Positions 45,424 through 57,577 of a stretch of DNA of 64,000 nt are shown in pieces. The first letter of the stretch is position 1. Each line of letters opens with the position of its first letter. The DNA comes from Escherichia coli (lineage in GTDB: Bacteria > Pseudomonadota > Gammaproteobacteria > Enterobacterales > Enterobacteriaceae): NCBI RefSeq assembly GCF_041248615.1, contig NZ_CP158426.1, one strand, 5' to 3'. Below the pieces are notes generated by a model. It was not told the origin of the DNA. It saw only the letters and a program-made list of their open reading frames with translations, and made no database searches. A program made the translations under genes and the position numbers.

Positions 45424-46230
45424 ATGTCTGTGGTAATTAGTGATGCATGGCGTCAGCGTTTTGGTGGCACAGCGCGTCTGTATGGTGAAAAAGCGTTGCA
45501 ACTGTTTGCTGACGCGCATATTTGTGTGGTTGGTATCGGTGGTGTCGGTTCCTGGGCGGCGGAAGCGCTGGCGCGCACGGGGATTGGCGCAATCACGCTT
45601 ATCGATATGGATGATGTGTGCGTCACCAATACCAATCGGCAAATTCATGCCCTGCGCGATAACGTTGGGCTGGCAAAAGCGGAAGTTATGGTGGAGCGTA
45701 TTCGCCAGATTAACCCGGAGTGCCGTGTAACGGTGGTGGATGATTTCGTGACGCCGGATAACGTAGCGCAGTATATGAGCGTGGGTTATTCGTACGTGAT
45801 TGATGCCATTGATAGTGTACGGCCCAAAGCGGCGCTGATTGCTTATTGTCGGCGCAATAAAATCCCACTGGTCACAACCGGTGGCGCGGGTGGGCAGATT
45901 GATCCGACGCAGATTCAGGTTACCGATCTGGCGAAAACGATTCAGGACCCGCTGGCGGCGAAGTTGCGCGAGCGCCTGAAAAGCGATTTTGGCGTAGTGA
46001 AAAACAGTAAAGGTAAGCTCGGCGTGGATTGCGTGTTTTCTACTGAAGCGCTGGTGTACCCGCAGTCAGACGGTACGGTGTGTGCGATGAAAGCCACGGC
46101 AGAAGGGCCGAAGCGGATGGATTGTGCATCTGGATTTGGCGCGGCAACGATGGTGACCGCCACCTTTGGGTTTGTTGCGGTTTCTCATGCGCTGAAGAAG
46201 ATGATGGCGAAAGCGGCGCGTCAGGGTTAA
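45424..46230 (+). CDS. tcdA: tRNA threonylcarbamoyladenosine dehydratase TcdA (CsdL)
   Basis: 268-aa E1-like product with a Rossmann motif (VVGIGGVGSW). Confidence 0.9.
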   Translation: MSVVISDAWRQRFGGTARLYGEKALQLFADAHICVVGIGGVGSWAAEALARTGIGAITLIDMDDVCVTNTNRQIHALRDNVGLAKAEVMVERIRQINPECRVTVVDDFVTPDNVAQYMSVGYSYVIDAIDSVRPKAALIAYCRRNKIPLVTTGGAGGQIDPTQIQVTDLAKTIQDPLAAKLRERLKSDFGVVKNSKGKLGVDCVFSTEALVYPQSDGTVCAMKATAEGPKRMDCASGFGAATMVTATFGFVAVSHALKKMMAKAARQG

Positions 46231-46237
46231 ACAATCA

Positions 46238-46269
46238 GGTCGGATGAGACGCGAACGTCTTATCCGACC
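46238..46269. repeat. REP-like palindrome between tcdA and csdE
   Basis: GGTCGGATGAGACGCGAACGTCTTATCCGACC inverted repeat. Confidence 0.6.
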
Positions 46270-46280
46270 CGGTTCTGTGC

Positions 46281-46724
46281 TTAAACCTGCTTCGTCGCAG
46301 CGATAATCGCCTCGCTTAACGCATTTAACCCCTGGCTGCGTGAGGCGCTAAGCTGCGCACGTAATCCCAGCTCATCAAACAATGCCAGTGGTGACTGTGC
46401 CTGCAACTCGGCGGCGGTTTTCCCCTCAACGGCAGTCAACAACACCGCCAGCAGGCCGCGCACAATGCGCCCTTCGCTGTCGCCAAAGAAATGCATTTTG
46501 CCGTTTTCAGCCACTGTATATCCCAGCCAGACGCGGTTTTCGCATCCGGCAATCTCTTTAGCCTGCGCTTTTAACTCGTCTGGCAATGCCGGAAGCTGTT
46601 TCCCCAGCATGATCAACTGGCGATATTTATCTTCCCATTGCGTCAACGGTGCGAAGGTATTGCGTAACGTTTCTGCGGTTACGGTTGTGCCGAACGGATG
46701 TCCGGCGAATTGCGGGTTTGTCAT
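46281..46724 (-). CDS. csdE: Sulfur acceptor protein CsdE (SufE-like)
   Basis: 147-aa product [48 protein letters not shown]... Confidence 0.9.
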
Positions 46725-47929
46725 TAATCCACCAATAATTCCAGCGCGCGGTCAACGGCATTCACCAGCGCATCCACATCACTCTTTGTATTATATGGCG
46801 CAAAAGAGGCGCGCAGTGTGCCGGTTACGCCTAATTCTGCCAGTAGCGGCTGAGCGCAATGCTGCCCGGCCCGCAGGGCAATACCGTACTCCGCCAGCAG
46901 CGTCACCATATCGCTATGATGAACGCCAGCAAAATCAAAGGCCAGCAGGCTGGAATCCTGGCAGCGGAATGAACGAAAGCCGGGACGTTTCGCCAGCGCA
47001 TCTTCCGCCAGCGTTGCTAAGCTACGGCTCCAGCTTTCGGCCTGGTTGATATCGTAATCTGCCAGCCATTCCAGCGCCGCGCTTAATCCTATGACACCAG
47101 CGACATTTGGCGTTCCAGCTTCCAGTTTCCACGGCGCAGATTGAGTCGTGAAGCCGTCAAAACTCACTTCGTGAACCATTTTGCCGCCGCCCAGCCAGGG
47201 CGACATCGCCTCCAGCAGTTCTGATTTACCATACAGCACGCCGATACCTGTCGGGCCATACAGTTTGTGACCTGAAAAAGCATAGAAATCAATATCCAGT
47301 TGCTGAACATCCGCGGGGAAATGCACTGCCCCCTGAGCACCATCAACCATCACCACCATCCCGGCTGAATGAGCAAAGGTAATCGCTCGCGCCAGATCCG
47401 GACAACCGCCAGTAACGTTCGACATCTGACCCAACGCCAGAATCCGACTACGGGGAGTAATCAGTTCTGGCAACAAATCGACATCCGGCAGTCGCTGCGC
47501 ATTAAGCGGCAATTTCACCACTTTGGCTCCAGTTTGTTGGGCGACCATCAGCCAGGGGACGAGGTTGGCGTGGTGTTCTGCCACGCTGACAATAATCTCA
47601 TCGCCCGGTTGCAGACGCGGACGCGCATAGCATTGTGCCACCATGTTGATGGATTCAGTGGTGCCGCGCGTCCAGACGATAGTTTTATCATCCGGTGCAT
47701 TCAGTAATTGCGCCACTTTCTCTCGTGCAGCTTCATAACGCGCGGTCAGGCGTTGGGCTTCGGCAAACTGGCTGCGATGGACGTTTCCGGCGCTCAGACT
47801 GTAAAACTGTTGGGTGGCTTCAACCACGGCTTCAGGTTTAAGCGCGGTCGCGGCGCTGTCGAGATAGACGCCCGCATCCTGTAGTGCGGGAAACTGGGCG
47901 CGAAACTGCGCGGGATTAAAAACGTTCAT
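46724..47929 (-). CDS. csdA: Cysteine desulfurase / sulfinate desulfinase CsdA (PLP-dependent)
   Basis: 401-aa product [35 protein letters not shown]... with the PLP-lysine motif ([18 protein letters not shown]). Confidence 0.92.
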
Positions 47930-48120
47930 GGTACTCCTCGGCTTGATGCACCGATCGTGACGCAAAATTCACTTTGATACAAGGAGAGTGCTAACCATCA
48001 GAATTATCTGGATATCCTGGCGAAGCCGCGTAAGTAACATATGCTGAATAGTGTTAGGCGTTAATTTTAGCCTGTTAATCAATACTATTAAGATTTATTA
48101 ATCGCTTTAAGGAGAAGATG

Positions 48121-48348
48121 ATGAAAAAGACTGCCGCAATTATTTCTGCCTGTATGCTGACTTTTGCCCTGAGCGCCTGTTCCGGTTCGAACTATGTGAT
48201 GCACACCAATGACGGACGTACCATCGTCTCTGACGGCAAACCACAGACTGATAACGATACCGGTATGATTTCGTATAAAGACGCTAATGGCAACAAACAG
48301 CAGATCAACCGTACTGACGTGAAAGAGATGGTCGAACTGGATCAGTAA
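48121..48348 (+). CDS. ygdI: Small lipoprotein YgdI (DUF903)
   Basis: 75 aa with a lipobox (ALSACSGS); paralogue of YgdR. Confidence 0.88.
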   Translation: MKKTAAIISACMLTFALSACSGSNYVMHTNDGRTIVSDGKPQTDNDTGMISYKDANGNKQQINRTDVKEMVELDQ

Positions 48349-48364
48349 TTCGCGATCGCAAGGT

Positions 48365-48570
48365 AAAAAAAAGCACCGCAATTAGGCGGTGCTACATTAA
48401 TCACTATGGACAGACAGGGTAAATGTACAGGAAGTGAAAAAAGGTAGCTTTGCTACCATGGTCTGAATCGCAGACCAATTGCAAACACAACAACACAACA
48501 TCACAACCGTAAGCCAAAAGTTCACCAGAACACGCATTCCGATAAAACTTTTCGTTCCGGCTCAGGAAGT
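48365..48570 (-). ncRNA. gcvB: GcvB small RNA (Hfq-dependent regulator of amino-acid and peptide transporters)
   Basis: Minus-strand sequence ACTTCCTGAGCCGGAACGAAAAGTTTTATCGGAATGCGTGTTCTGGTGAAC...GTTGTGTTGTTGTGTTTGCAATTGG (G/U-rich R1 region) ...GCACCGCCTAATTGCGGTGCTTTTTTT; divergent from gcvA. Confidence 0.88.
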
Positions 48571-48698
48571 GCCGCCACTATAGGTATTTGCTGGTAGAAG
48601 CTCAACGGACAATTTATAATGGCTCAGATTAAAAAAACTAATAGGTTACATAGTGTGATCTAATTGTTAAATTCATTTAACATCAAAGTTTAATAGCC

Positions 48699-49616
48699 AT
48701 GTCTAAACGATTACCACCGCTAAATGCCTTACGAGTTTTTGATGCCGCAGCACGCCATTTAAGTTTCACTCGCGCAGCAGAAGAGCTTTTTGTGACCCAA
48801 GCCGCAGTAAGTCATCAAATCAAGTCTCTTGAGGATTTTTTGGGGCTAAAACTGTTCCGCCGCCGTAATCGTTCACTCCTGCTGACCGAGGAAGGGCAAA
48901 GCTATTTCCTCGATATCAAAGAGATATTTTCGCAATTAACCGAAGCGACGCGTAAACTCCAGGCCCGTAGCGCCAAGGGGGCGTTGACGGTCAGTTTACT
49001 CCCCAGTTTCGCCATTCATTGGTTGGTTCCGCGACTTTCCAGCTTTAATTCAGCTTATCCGGGAATTGACGTTCGAATCCAGGCGGTTGATCGTCAGGAA
49101 GATAAGCTGGCGGATGATGTTGATGTGGCGATATTTTATGGTCGGGGCAACTGGCCGGGGCTACGGGTGGAAAAACTGTACGCCGAATATTTATTGCCGG
49201 TGTGTTCGCCGCTACTGCTGACTGGCGAAAAACCCTTGAAGACACCGGAAGATCTGGCTAAACATACGTTATTACATGATGCTTCGCGCCGTGACTGGCA
49301 GACATATACCCGACAGTTGGGGTTAAATCATATCAACGTTCAGCAAGGGCCAATTTTTAGCCATAGCGCCATGGTGCTGCAAGCGGCTATCCACGGGCAG
49401 GGAGTGGCGCTGGCAAATAACGTGATGGCGCAATCTGAAATCGAGGCCGGACGTCTTGTTTGCCCGTTTAATGATGTTCTGGTCAGTAAAAATGCTTTTT
49501 ATCTGGTTTGTCATGACAGTCAGGCAGAACTGGGTAAAATAGCCGCCTTTCGCCAATGGATCCTGGCGAAAGCCGCTGCTGAACAAGAAAAATTCCGCTT
49601 TCGTTATGAACAATAA
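48699..49616 (+). CDS. gcvA: Glycine cleavage system transcriptional regulator GcvA (LysR family)
   Basis: 305-aa product MSKRLPPLNALRVFDAAARHLSFTRAAEELFVTQAAVSHQIKSLEDFLGLKLFRRR... Confidence 0.93.
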   Translation: MSKRLPPLNALRVFDAAARHLSFTRAAEELFVTQAAVSHQIKSLEDFLGLKLFRRRNRSLLLTEEGQSYFLDIKEIFSQLTEATRKLQARSAKGALTVSLLPSFAIHWLVPRLSSFNSAYPGIDVRIQAVDRQEDKLADDVDVAIFYGRGNWPGLRVEKLYAEYLLPVCSPLLLTGEKPLKTPEDLAKHTLLHDASRRDWQTYTRQLGLNHINVQQGPIFSHSAMVLQAAIHGQGVALANNVMAQSEIEAGRLVCPFNDVLVSKNAFYLVCHDSQAELGKIAAFRQWILAKAAAEQEKFRFRYEQ

Positions 49617-49634
49617 TTTACGTAGGGTACGACC

Positions 49635-50030
49635 ATGACCAGCCGTTTTATGCTGATTTTCGCCGCCATTAGCGGCTTCATTTTTGTGGCTCTGGGCGCT
49701 TTTGGCGCGCATGTGTTAAGTAAAACCATGGGGGCCGTTGAGATGGGCTGGATCCAGACCGGCCTCGAATACCAGGCGTTTCATACGCTGGCGATCTTAG
49801 GTCTGGCGGTGGCAATGCAGCGTCGCATCAGTATCTGGTTTTACTGGAGTAGCGTTTTCCTCGCGTTAGGCACGGTGTTGTTCAGCGGCAGCCTTTATTG
49901 CCTGGCGCTGTCCCATCTGCGTTTGTGGGCGTTTGTCACTCCGGTTGGCGGCGTGAGCTTCCTCGCGGGCTGGGCGTTAATGTTAGTTGGTGCTATCCGT
50001 TTAAAGCGCAAGGGCGTAAGTCATGAATAA
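49635..50030 (+). CDS. ygdD: DUF423 inner membrane protein YgdD
   Basis: 131-aa, four-TM small membrane protein [28 protein letters not shown]... Confidence 0.85.
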
Positions 50031-51123
50031 GGTTGTATTGCTGTGCCGTCCGGGCTTTGAAAAAGAGTGCGCCGCAGAAATTACCGATAAAGCCGGCCAG
50101 CGGGAAATTTTCGGTTTTGCCCGCGTGAAAGAGAATGCGGGTTATGTCATTTATGAATGTTATCAACCTGATGATGGCGATAAGTTAATCCGTGAGCTGC
50201 CGTTCAGTTCATTAATTTTTGCCCGCCAGTGGTTTGTGGTGGGGGAACTCCTGCAGCATTTGCCGCCAGAAGATCGTATTACCCCCATTGTCGGCATGTT
50301 ACAGGGCGTAGTAGAGAAGGGCGGTGAACTGCGTGTTGAAGTTGCCGATACCAACGAAAGCAAAGAGTTACTGAAATTCTGCCGTAAATTTACTGTTCCG
50401 CTACGCGCTGCCTTGCGCGATGCCGGGGTGCTGGCGAACTATGAAACGCCGAAGCGTCCGGTTGTGCATGTATTCTTTATTGCACCAGGCTGCTGCTATA
50501 CCGGTTACTCATACAGCAACAATAATTCGCCGTTCTATATGGGCATTCCGCGCCTGAAATTTCCGGCAGATGCGCCGAGTCGTTCCACGCTCAAACTGGA
50601 AGAGGCATTTCATGTGTTTATTCCTGCGGATGAGTGGGATGAACGCCTGGCGAACGGGATGTGGGCGGTGGATTTAGGCGCTTGCCCTGGCGGCTGGACC
50701 TACCAACTGGTGAAGCGCAACATGTGGGTTTATTCCGTCGACAACGGCCCGATGGCGCAAAGTCTGATGGATACCGGACAGGTGACGTGGCTGCGGGAAG
50801 ACGGTTTCAAATTCCGTCCGACGCGCAGCAATATCTCCTGGATGGTATGCGATATGGTTGAAAAACCGGCGAAAGTTGCGGCATTGATGGCGCAGTGGCT
50901 GGTTAATGGCTGGTGCCGTGAAACCATTTTCAACCTCAAACTGCCGATGAAAAAACGCTACGAAGAAGTGTCACACAATCTGGCGTATATTCAGGCACAG
51001 CTTGATGAACATGGCATAAATGCTCAGATTCAGGCGCGGCAGTTGTATCACGATCGCGAAGAAGTGACGGTGCACGTCCGCCGCATCTGGGCTGCGGTGG
51101 GTGGTCGTCGCGACGAGCGATAA
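50023..51123 (+). CDS. rlmM: 23S rRNA 2'-O-ribose C2498 methyltransferase RlmM
   Basis: 366-aa product [48 protein letters not shown]... with a SAM-binding motif ([11 protein letters not shown]); start overlaps the ygdD 3' end. Confidence 0.9.
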
Positions 51124-51130
51124 CAGGCAA

Positions 51131-51152
51131 GGCCGGGGCGTCGTCTCCGGCC
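51131..51152. terminator. Bidirectional hairpin between convergent rlmM and fucR
   Basis: GGCCGG-ggcgtcgtct-CCGGCC stem-loop in the 43-bp gap between the two stop codons. Confidence 0.5.
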
Positions 51153-51166
51153 TGCTACCCTTTCCG

Positions 51167-51898
51167 TCAGGCTGTTACCAAAGAAGTTGCAACCTGGCGC
51201 TCATCAGAAATAATGTGCGTTACCTCATCCAGATGCCCGATGCGGGCTTCCCCTGAACGATTAAATTTACTTTTATCAATCAATAACAACGATTGCGCGG
51301 CACGTTTTAATAGCATCGATTTGTAATCAGCGTTGATCGCATTGGAGTCCCACAGTGCGCCGCTGCTATCGATCCCTTCACAAGAAAAAATAAACAGATC
51401 GATTTCCAGCGATTTAAGTTGGGAAATCAGCGAGGGATTGACGTAACAGCCATATTTGCGCTCAAGTGTGCCGCCGGAACTGATCAGTTGAATGCGTTCG
51501 CGTTTACCGAGTTCATGGCAAATCGGATGGCTATTGGTGAAGACCTGAATGTTGATGTCAGGCAACTGGCGTGCCAGATACCAGCAAGTTGAACTGGCGT
51601 CTAAGGCTATCACCATCCCTTCTTCAATCCACGCGAGCGCCTCGCGCGCGATATCTGCTTTATGCGCATAATGGCTTTTCAGCCTGATGTGAAAGGGATC
51701 GCCACTGTCTTGATTTTGACGGTGGATATATTTAGCGCGTCCATGATTGCGCAGAATTTTACCCTGCGTCTGTAATTCATTGAGATCGCGACGAATGGTT
51801 TCTTTACTGACCTTTAGCTGTTCAGAGAGAGCTTCCGTGGTCAGGCTGGTATGGTTCAGCAGCAGGTCGACTATCGCTTGCTGGCGTGCCGCTTTCAT
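51167..51898 (-). CDS. fucR: L-fucose operon activator FucR (DeoR family)
   Basis: 243-aa product MKAARQQAIVDLLLNHTSLTTEALSEQLKVSKETIRRDLNELQTQGKILRNHGRA...; the ORF track begins 3 codons upstream. Confidence 0.92.
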   Translation of the reverse strand: MKAARQQAIVDLLLNHTSLTTEALSEQLKVSKETIRRDLNELQTQGKILRNHGRAKYIHRQNQDSGDPFHIRLKSHYAHKADIAREALAWIEEGMVIALDASSTCWYLARQLPDINIQVFTNSHPICHELGKRERIQLISSGGTLERKYGCYVNPSLISQLKSLEIDLFIFSCEGIDSSGALWDSNAINADYKSMLLKRAAQSLLLIDKSKFNRSGEARIGHLDEVTHIISDERQVATSLVTA

Positions 51899-51955
51899 AT
51901 TTTTCACCCCATCATTCGATAACCGCCCGCGTCATGCGGGCGTACCGGTATGAGA

Positions 51956-52378
51956 TTACGGTGTTACCCCTTTTTTTAAAAGAATATTCCCGTACTTCGC
52001 TCGTTCGCCTGTGATAACGATCGCAAAGGCTTTTTGCGCCCGTTCATAAAACGCAAAACGATTGATGCGGATGATGTCAGGACACGGGGCTTGTAGTGAA
52101 AGCGCATTACGGTAACGTCGTTCTACTTCAGGATCGAGAGTGTCACCTTCTACCGCCGCCATCATCACCAGCGGCGGTGCATAACTGTCCAGTTCAAATA
52201 ACGGGATAATCGCCTGGAGCAAGTCGCTCACCAACAGGCCATCAGCGCGGATCACCTGCGGTCCCATCGAATGGGCGGGAAAGTGAGCATCGGAAAAAAT
52301 AATTTCATCTCCATGTCCCATCTCTGCCAGCACTTTCAATAGTTCGGGAGAAATTAACGGCGAAATTGTTTTCAGCAT
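51956..52378 (-). CDS. fucU: L-fucose mutarotase FucU
   Basis: 140-aa product [63 protein letters not shown]... Confidence 0.92.
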
Positions 52379-52379
52379 T

Positions 52380-53828
52380 TCACACTTCCTCTATAAATTC
52401 AGGTTCAGTTTGCGGGTAGAAATAACGGTACTGATAATGAATCTGTGCGCGGGCTTCTTCCGGGCTGTTAAATTCCCCTACGCCATACCAACCGAACAGC
52501 GCAGCTCCTGCGACGGTCGTTTCGGCGTCGTCGAGAACTTTTACCGGAATATCAAGCATATTGGCTTTAATCTGATTCCACAATGTGTTGCGACTTCCTC
52601 CACCGACTAACAATAATTCAGAGGCCTTAAAGTGCCCGATTTTTTCCAGCATCTGTAGATTGCGCTGTAATTGCGCAGTTAACCCTTCCAGCGCCGCGCG
52701 ATAGAAATGCCCCCGCGTGGTATTAAGCGTCACTCCTTGCCAGCCAGCGTTCTGACACGACAATAAATCACACTGCATTTTTACGCCATCCGCGCCAGGC
52801 GCGATCAGACGAGCTTCTTCAATCAACATTTGCCAGGGTGTTTCAGCCGTCCAGAACAGTTTTCTCACCCATTCCAGCACGCCGGATGCCAGCCATTGCA
52901 TACCTGGGTTATACAACCCTGCCTGGCTATCCAGTTCGCAGGTGGAACCGGCGTACTGACTTAACAGCGAAGTATCAACCTGGGCGCTGCGAACCATTAA
53001 AATTTCCCATGTACCGGAAGAGAGCACGGGTTCATTTTGTTCAGCACCAGCGCCAAAAAGGGCGAACTGGGTATCGTGACCTGCGGAAATCACCGGTATG
53101 CCAACGGGTAAGCCGAGCATTGCTGCGGCGCTGTTCTGTAGCGTACCAATCTGTTCACCCGCTTCCACCAGACGAGGGAAGAGTCGGCGTGGAATACCGG
53201 TGGCTTGTAAAATTTGCGGACTGAAATCGCGTTGCTGGATATCCAGCATCTGGCTGGTTCCGGCCATCGTGATATCAGTAGTGAATTCGCCGGTTAAACG
53301 GTGGTTAATCAGCGACGAAATAAAGAGCCAGGCGTGCGCGCGTTCCAGCAGTTGTGGATGATTTTCTTTCAACCACACCAACTTATATAACGTATTGAAA
53401 CTAAAGGCTCCGACGCCAGAAATAGCCTGCAACCGCTGTGCGGAGATTAACCGTTCAATATTGTCCATAACCGCTGCTGTTCGCGGACATTTCCAGCTAA
53501 TAATCGGATAGAGCAGATTGCCTTGCTTATCTACCAGAGCGCCATCCACACCAAAGGTGGTGACGGCGATACCGCGGATGTGGCATTCAGTCAGTTCACT
53601 ATTGATTTGCCGACAGCAATCAGCAAAGCGTTGCAAAATGGCGTCTAAAGACCACTGGTGCCAGGTGTTGTTTTCCATCGCGATATCGCTGGCATTAGGC
53701 GTTGAGGCGCGGGCAACAATTTTGCCCTGCCGATTAACCGCGATGGCCCTGACATTGGTCGCGCCACAGTCGAGTACCAGGATAACTTCTTGTTTCATAA
53801 TCGCTCCTGCAATATAGCCGGATAACAT
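52380..53828 (-). CDS. fucK: L-fuculokinase FucK (FGGY kinase family)
   Basis: 482-codon ORF; the product may start at the internal [21 protein letters not shown] (472 aa). Confidence 0.9.
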
Positions 53829-53906
53829 TGCTTATCCGGCTAACCACTCTTGCTTGTTCAGGCCCGGTAGCCGGAGCGACCGGGCATCACATCAGGGAGT
53901 AATGTA

Positions 53907-55682
53907 TTAACGCTTGTACAACGGACCGTAGTTCTGGCAAGCGCGGTAATCCTGGCCTTCAATATCCATGCCGTGCGCAGCCCAGGCAGAAGGACGATAC
54001 ACTTTGGTCTCTTCAACGTTGTGCATACATACCGGGATACGCAGCATGGAGGCGAGAGTGATAAAGTCTGCGCCAACGTGGCCGATGGTCAGAACCCCAT
54101 GGTTAGCGCCCCAGTTCGCCATTACCGAGTACACATCCGTAAACGGCCCTTTACCGGTGAGGCGCGGTGCAAACCAGGTGGTTGGCCAGGTTGAGTTGGT
54201 GCGTTTGTTGAGGATGTCATGCACATCCTTCGGCAATTCCACGCTCCAGCCTTCCGCGATTTGCAGTACCGGTCCCAGGCCTTTGATGATGTTGACACGA
54301 GTCATGGTGAACGGGACGCCGCCTTCGGTAAGGAAGCGGGAAGAGTAACCGCCGCCACGGAAGTATTCGTGGATCGCCGGGCACCATTCGGTAGCGGCGA
54401 GGCAAGCGTCAGCCTCTTGCTGAGAGATTTCCCAGTGTGGCTTCATCGTCGGGTTACCTTCGCTGTCGCGTTGTTTACAGGAACCGTCCAGCGCAGCAGA
54501 ACCGGAGTTGATCAAATGGATGATGCCGTGTTCTGCCAGTCCATCCAGTTTATGCCCCGTTACACGCTCAATTGCTTCTGGTGACCAGTAGGTACGCACA
54601 TCGGCAAATACCTGAGCGGTGCCGGTGAGCTGGTGACCCATTAGCATTGCCACGCCGTTAAGACTGTCGTTTTCGGTCGCCACGACAAAGGGTTCGCGCA
54701 CGCCATTCCAGTCAAATGAACTGTTGAGGATCGCTTCGGCGGTGTCACCATTGGGATATTGATCGGTCCAGTGACGTTGCCCCTGGAAGCCCGCAGCGAT
54801 GGCGTTGTAGCCAAGTGATTCTTCCACGCGACCAATATCGGCCAGTTTGCTGTTGCCTTGCATCATGTCGCGGATACACATCGCCATCAGTAAACTTTCT
54901 CTCAGAACTGCGCGGCTTTGCTCGGCATTGCGTTGATACTGTTTGTTATTTTCATCTTCGCCATAGCGGAAGTTTTTATCTGCCCAGGCCAGCGCCATTT
55001 CCAGTTCGGCTTCGTCGTAAATCTTCTGATCGATACGGCGACGCAGTTCGGTCATATCCACCGCCTGGACTTTCATTCCCAGCCAGGATTCAAAGAAGTT
55101 GTGATCAACAATGGAACCGGCGATACCCATCGAAACGCCGCCCAGCGACAGATAGCTTTTACCTTTCATGCTGGCGACTGCTAAACCGGCGCGGGCAAAG
55201 CGCAGCAGTTTTTCTTCAACATCAGCAGGAATCGATGTGTCATCGGCATCCTGAACGTCATGACCGTAAATGGAGAATGCCGGGATGCCTTTCTGGCTGT
55301 GAGCTGCCAAAGCCGCAGCCAGGTAAACAGCGCCGGGGCGTTCAGTGCCGTTAAAGCCCCAAATGGCTTTCGGGCGGGTTGGATCCATGTCGATAGTTTC
55401 ACTGCCATAGCACCAGCAAGGCGTTACCGTAATGGTGAGGCCTACATTCTGACTGCTGAATTTTTCTTCGCAAGCAGCGGCTTCAGCCATACCCGCGATA
55501 CAGGTATCGGAAATGACACACTCGACGGCAGCTCCGCAGGCATGGCGCAGTTTCTCGGTCAGCAGTGCAGCCGTGGCTTTCGCCATATTCATTGTTTGTT
55601 CTTCAAGCGACTCACGAACACCCATGCGACGACCGTCAATAACCGGGCGGATACCAATTTTCGGTAAGCTGATTTTTTTCAT
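53907..55682 (-). CDS. fucI: L-fucose isomerase FucI
   Basis: 591-aa product [56 protein letters not shown]... Confidence 0.95.
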   Translation of the reverse strand: MKKISLPKIGIRPVIDGRRMGVRESLEEQTMNMAKATAALLTEKLRHACGAAVECVISDTCIAGMAEAAACEEKFSSQNVGLTITVTPCWCYGSETIDMDPTRPKAIWGFNGTERPGAVYLAAALAAHSQKGIPAFSIYGHDVQDADDTSIPADVEEKLLRFARAGLAVASMKGKSYLSLGGVSMGIAGSIVDHNFFESWLGMKVQAVDMTELRRRIDQKIYDEAELEMALAWADKNFRYGEDENNKQYQRNAEQSRAVLRESLLMAMCIRDMMQGNSKLADIGRVEESLGYNAIAAGFQGQRHWTDQYPNGDTAEAILNSSFDWNGVREPFVVATENDSLNGVAMLMGHQLTGTAQVFADVRTYWSPEAIERVTGHKLDGLAEHGIIHLINSGSAALDGSCKQRDSEGNPTMKPHWEISQQEADACLAATEWCPAIHEYFRGGGYSSRFLTEGGVPFTMTRVNIIKGLGPVLQIAEGWSVELPKDVHDILNKRTNSTWPTTWFAPRLTGKGPFTDVYSVMANWGANHGVLTIGHVGADFITLASMLRIPVCMHNVEETKVYRPSAWAAHGMDIEGQDYRACQNYGPLYKR

Positions 55683-55714
55683 TACAGATTCCTCACTTTA
55701 TTCGGAAAATATGT

Positions 55715-57031
55715 TCAGTTAGTTGCCGTTTGAGAACGGAAACGGGCAAAGATAAAGATGACCGCGAAGCAGAGTGCGGGGATCAGTTCAGCAGTGGGGA
55801 TGTTGCCCGCAGCGTCACTGACAAACCCCATGACCGGAGTGACAATACCGCCGCCAATAATGGTCATAACGATGAAGGACGAACCGTATTTGGTGTCCTG
55901 GCCGAGATTCTTAATGCCCAGCGAGAAGATTGTTGGGTACTGAATCGACATAAAGGCACTGCATAATGTCAGGGCTATTAAGCCCACATGACCGCCAGCG
56001 AAGGCTGAGATCAGGCACAGTGCCATAGCGATTAATGCGTAGGCTGCCAGGACTTTGTGTGGTGCGAAGCGACTGATGAGCCAGGTACCGGTGAAACGAC
56101 CAATAAAGAAGCACACCATGGTTCCGGTTAAATAGTTAGCGGCAAAGCCTGCGGTCATACCTGGAATTTCTTCTACAGCGTAGCGAATCAAATAGCTCCA
56201 GCAGGCCGTTTGCGCGCCGACATAGCAGAATTGCGCTAATACCGCCCAGCGCCAGTGACGAATACGCGCCAGACGAGAAAGCGATGCGGAGAACGATCCT
56301 TGTTTGGCGTCACTGTGATTATCACTCTGCAATGCCGGGAATTTCGTCAGCATGATCAGCAGGGCGACCAGTAACACGATAGCCACGATGATCATATAAG
56401 GTGTCTGTACCGATAATACCAGGCTGTGTTTATACGCACTCAATTGCTCTGGAGACATTTTATCGAGAACGTCTTGCGATTGATGTGGCACGTTAGACAA
56501 AATAAGACTTTGTCCAAAGACAACCGCGATAATTGCGCCAAACGAGTTAAATGTTTGCGCAAGATTTAAGCGGAAGTGACCACTGCTTTCCGGCCCTAAT
56601 ACCGTAACAAAAGGGTTTGCGGCAGTTTCCAGACAACCTAATCCGGCTGCAATAATAAATAGGCCAACTAAAAATAAGGTGTAGTTCATTATTTCTGCAG
56701 CGGGCCAGAATAATGCAGCGCCCAAGGCATATAAAAATAATCCGGTAATAATCCCTGCTTTATAACTGAGTTTTTTCATCAATATCCCAGCAGGGATTGG
56801 GATAATGAAATAACCAAAGTAAAAGGCCGATTGGATCAGGCCAGCCTGGAAATTTGTCAGCGTAAAAGCCTGCTGGAATTGAGGTAATAAAATGTCGTTA
56901 AGGTTATTGGCTACCGCCCAAAGAAAAAACAGTGAGCACAGCAGCGCGAATGGAATAATGTAACTTCTGCTTTGCCCTGCATCTTTATCTACCGCACGGT
57001 AACTCTGCGTTTGTATTGATGTGTTTCCCAT
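55715..57031 (-). CDS. fucP: L-fucose:H+ symporter FucP (MFS)
   Basis: 438-aa product MGNTSIQTQSYRAVDKDAGQSRSYIIPFALLCSLFFLWAVANNLNDILLPQFQQAF... Confidence 0.95.
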   Translation of the reverse strand: MGNTSIQTQSYRAVDKDAGQSRSYIIPFALLCSLFFLWAVANNLNDILLPQFQQAFTLTNFQAGLIQSAFYFGYFIIPIPAGILMKKLSYKAGIITGLFLYALGAALFWPAAEIMNYTLFLVGLFIIAAGLGCLETAANPFVTVLGPESSGHFRLNLAQTFNSFGAIIAVVFGQSLILSNVPHQSQDVLDKMSPEQLSAYKHSLVLSVQTPYMIIVAIVLLVALLIMLTKFPALQSDNHSDAKQGSFSASLSRLARIRHWRWAVLAQFCYVGAQTACWSYLIRYAVEEIPGMTAGFAANYLTGTMVCFFIGRFTGTWLISRFAPHKVLAAYALIAMALCLISAFAGGHVGLIALTLCSAFMSIQYPTIFSLGIKNLGQDTKYGSSFIVMTIIGGGIVTPVMGFVSDAAGNIPTAELIPALCFAVIFIFARFRSQTATN

Positions 57032-57219
57032 AGCATCCTCTTAGGTTCAGAAGCTTAAGCACGTAATCGGTTATGTTTTCAAAAGTGCAAAACCAGCGAG
57101 TTCGGGCTTCATATCAGTGAATATTTGCCTGTCAGAAATGAACTCATGGATTCATTTTCAAATAAAAAACGCTCTGTAATATGACGGCGGTCACACTTAT
57201 TAGCTGGGAGGTGACTTTA

Positions 57220-57235
57220 TGTGACTACCATCACT
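57220..57235. promoter_or_regulatory. Candidate CRP site in the divergent fucPIKUR / fucAO control region
   Basis: TGTGA-ctacca-TCACT matches the CRP half-site spacing (TGTGA-N6-TCACA) within the 546-bp divergent intergenic region. Confidence 0.35.
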
Positions 57236-57577
57236 TTAATAATCGAAATTTCATGCCCGTTTCAGAAAATAAATCATAAAAAACACAAACCCGATGACCG
57301 TATTAATTGTTTGTGCCGAAAACGGGCATTTCTGGCGAGGGGGAATGGAAAAATGACCGTTTTGATAAATATTTTTAAGAGCGGTCATTTTCAATAGGGT
57401 TATAAAAAGAGAACTTGCAGTTATTTACTATGATTAGTTGAACCAGGTCACAAAATATAAGCTTGTGAATTTCTTTCTGGTTAATCAGGAAGAAGATGGT
57501 GGGTAATTAAACGGCTAATTCAATAGTGTGAAAGGAACAACATTATTGCCCTGTTTTGAATCAGAGAGAGGTAGCTA

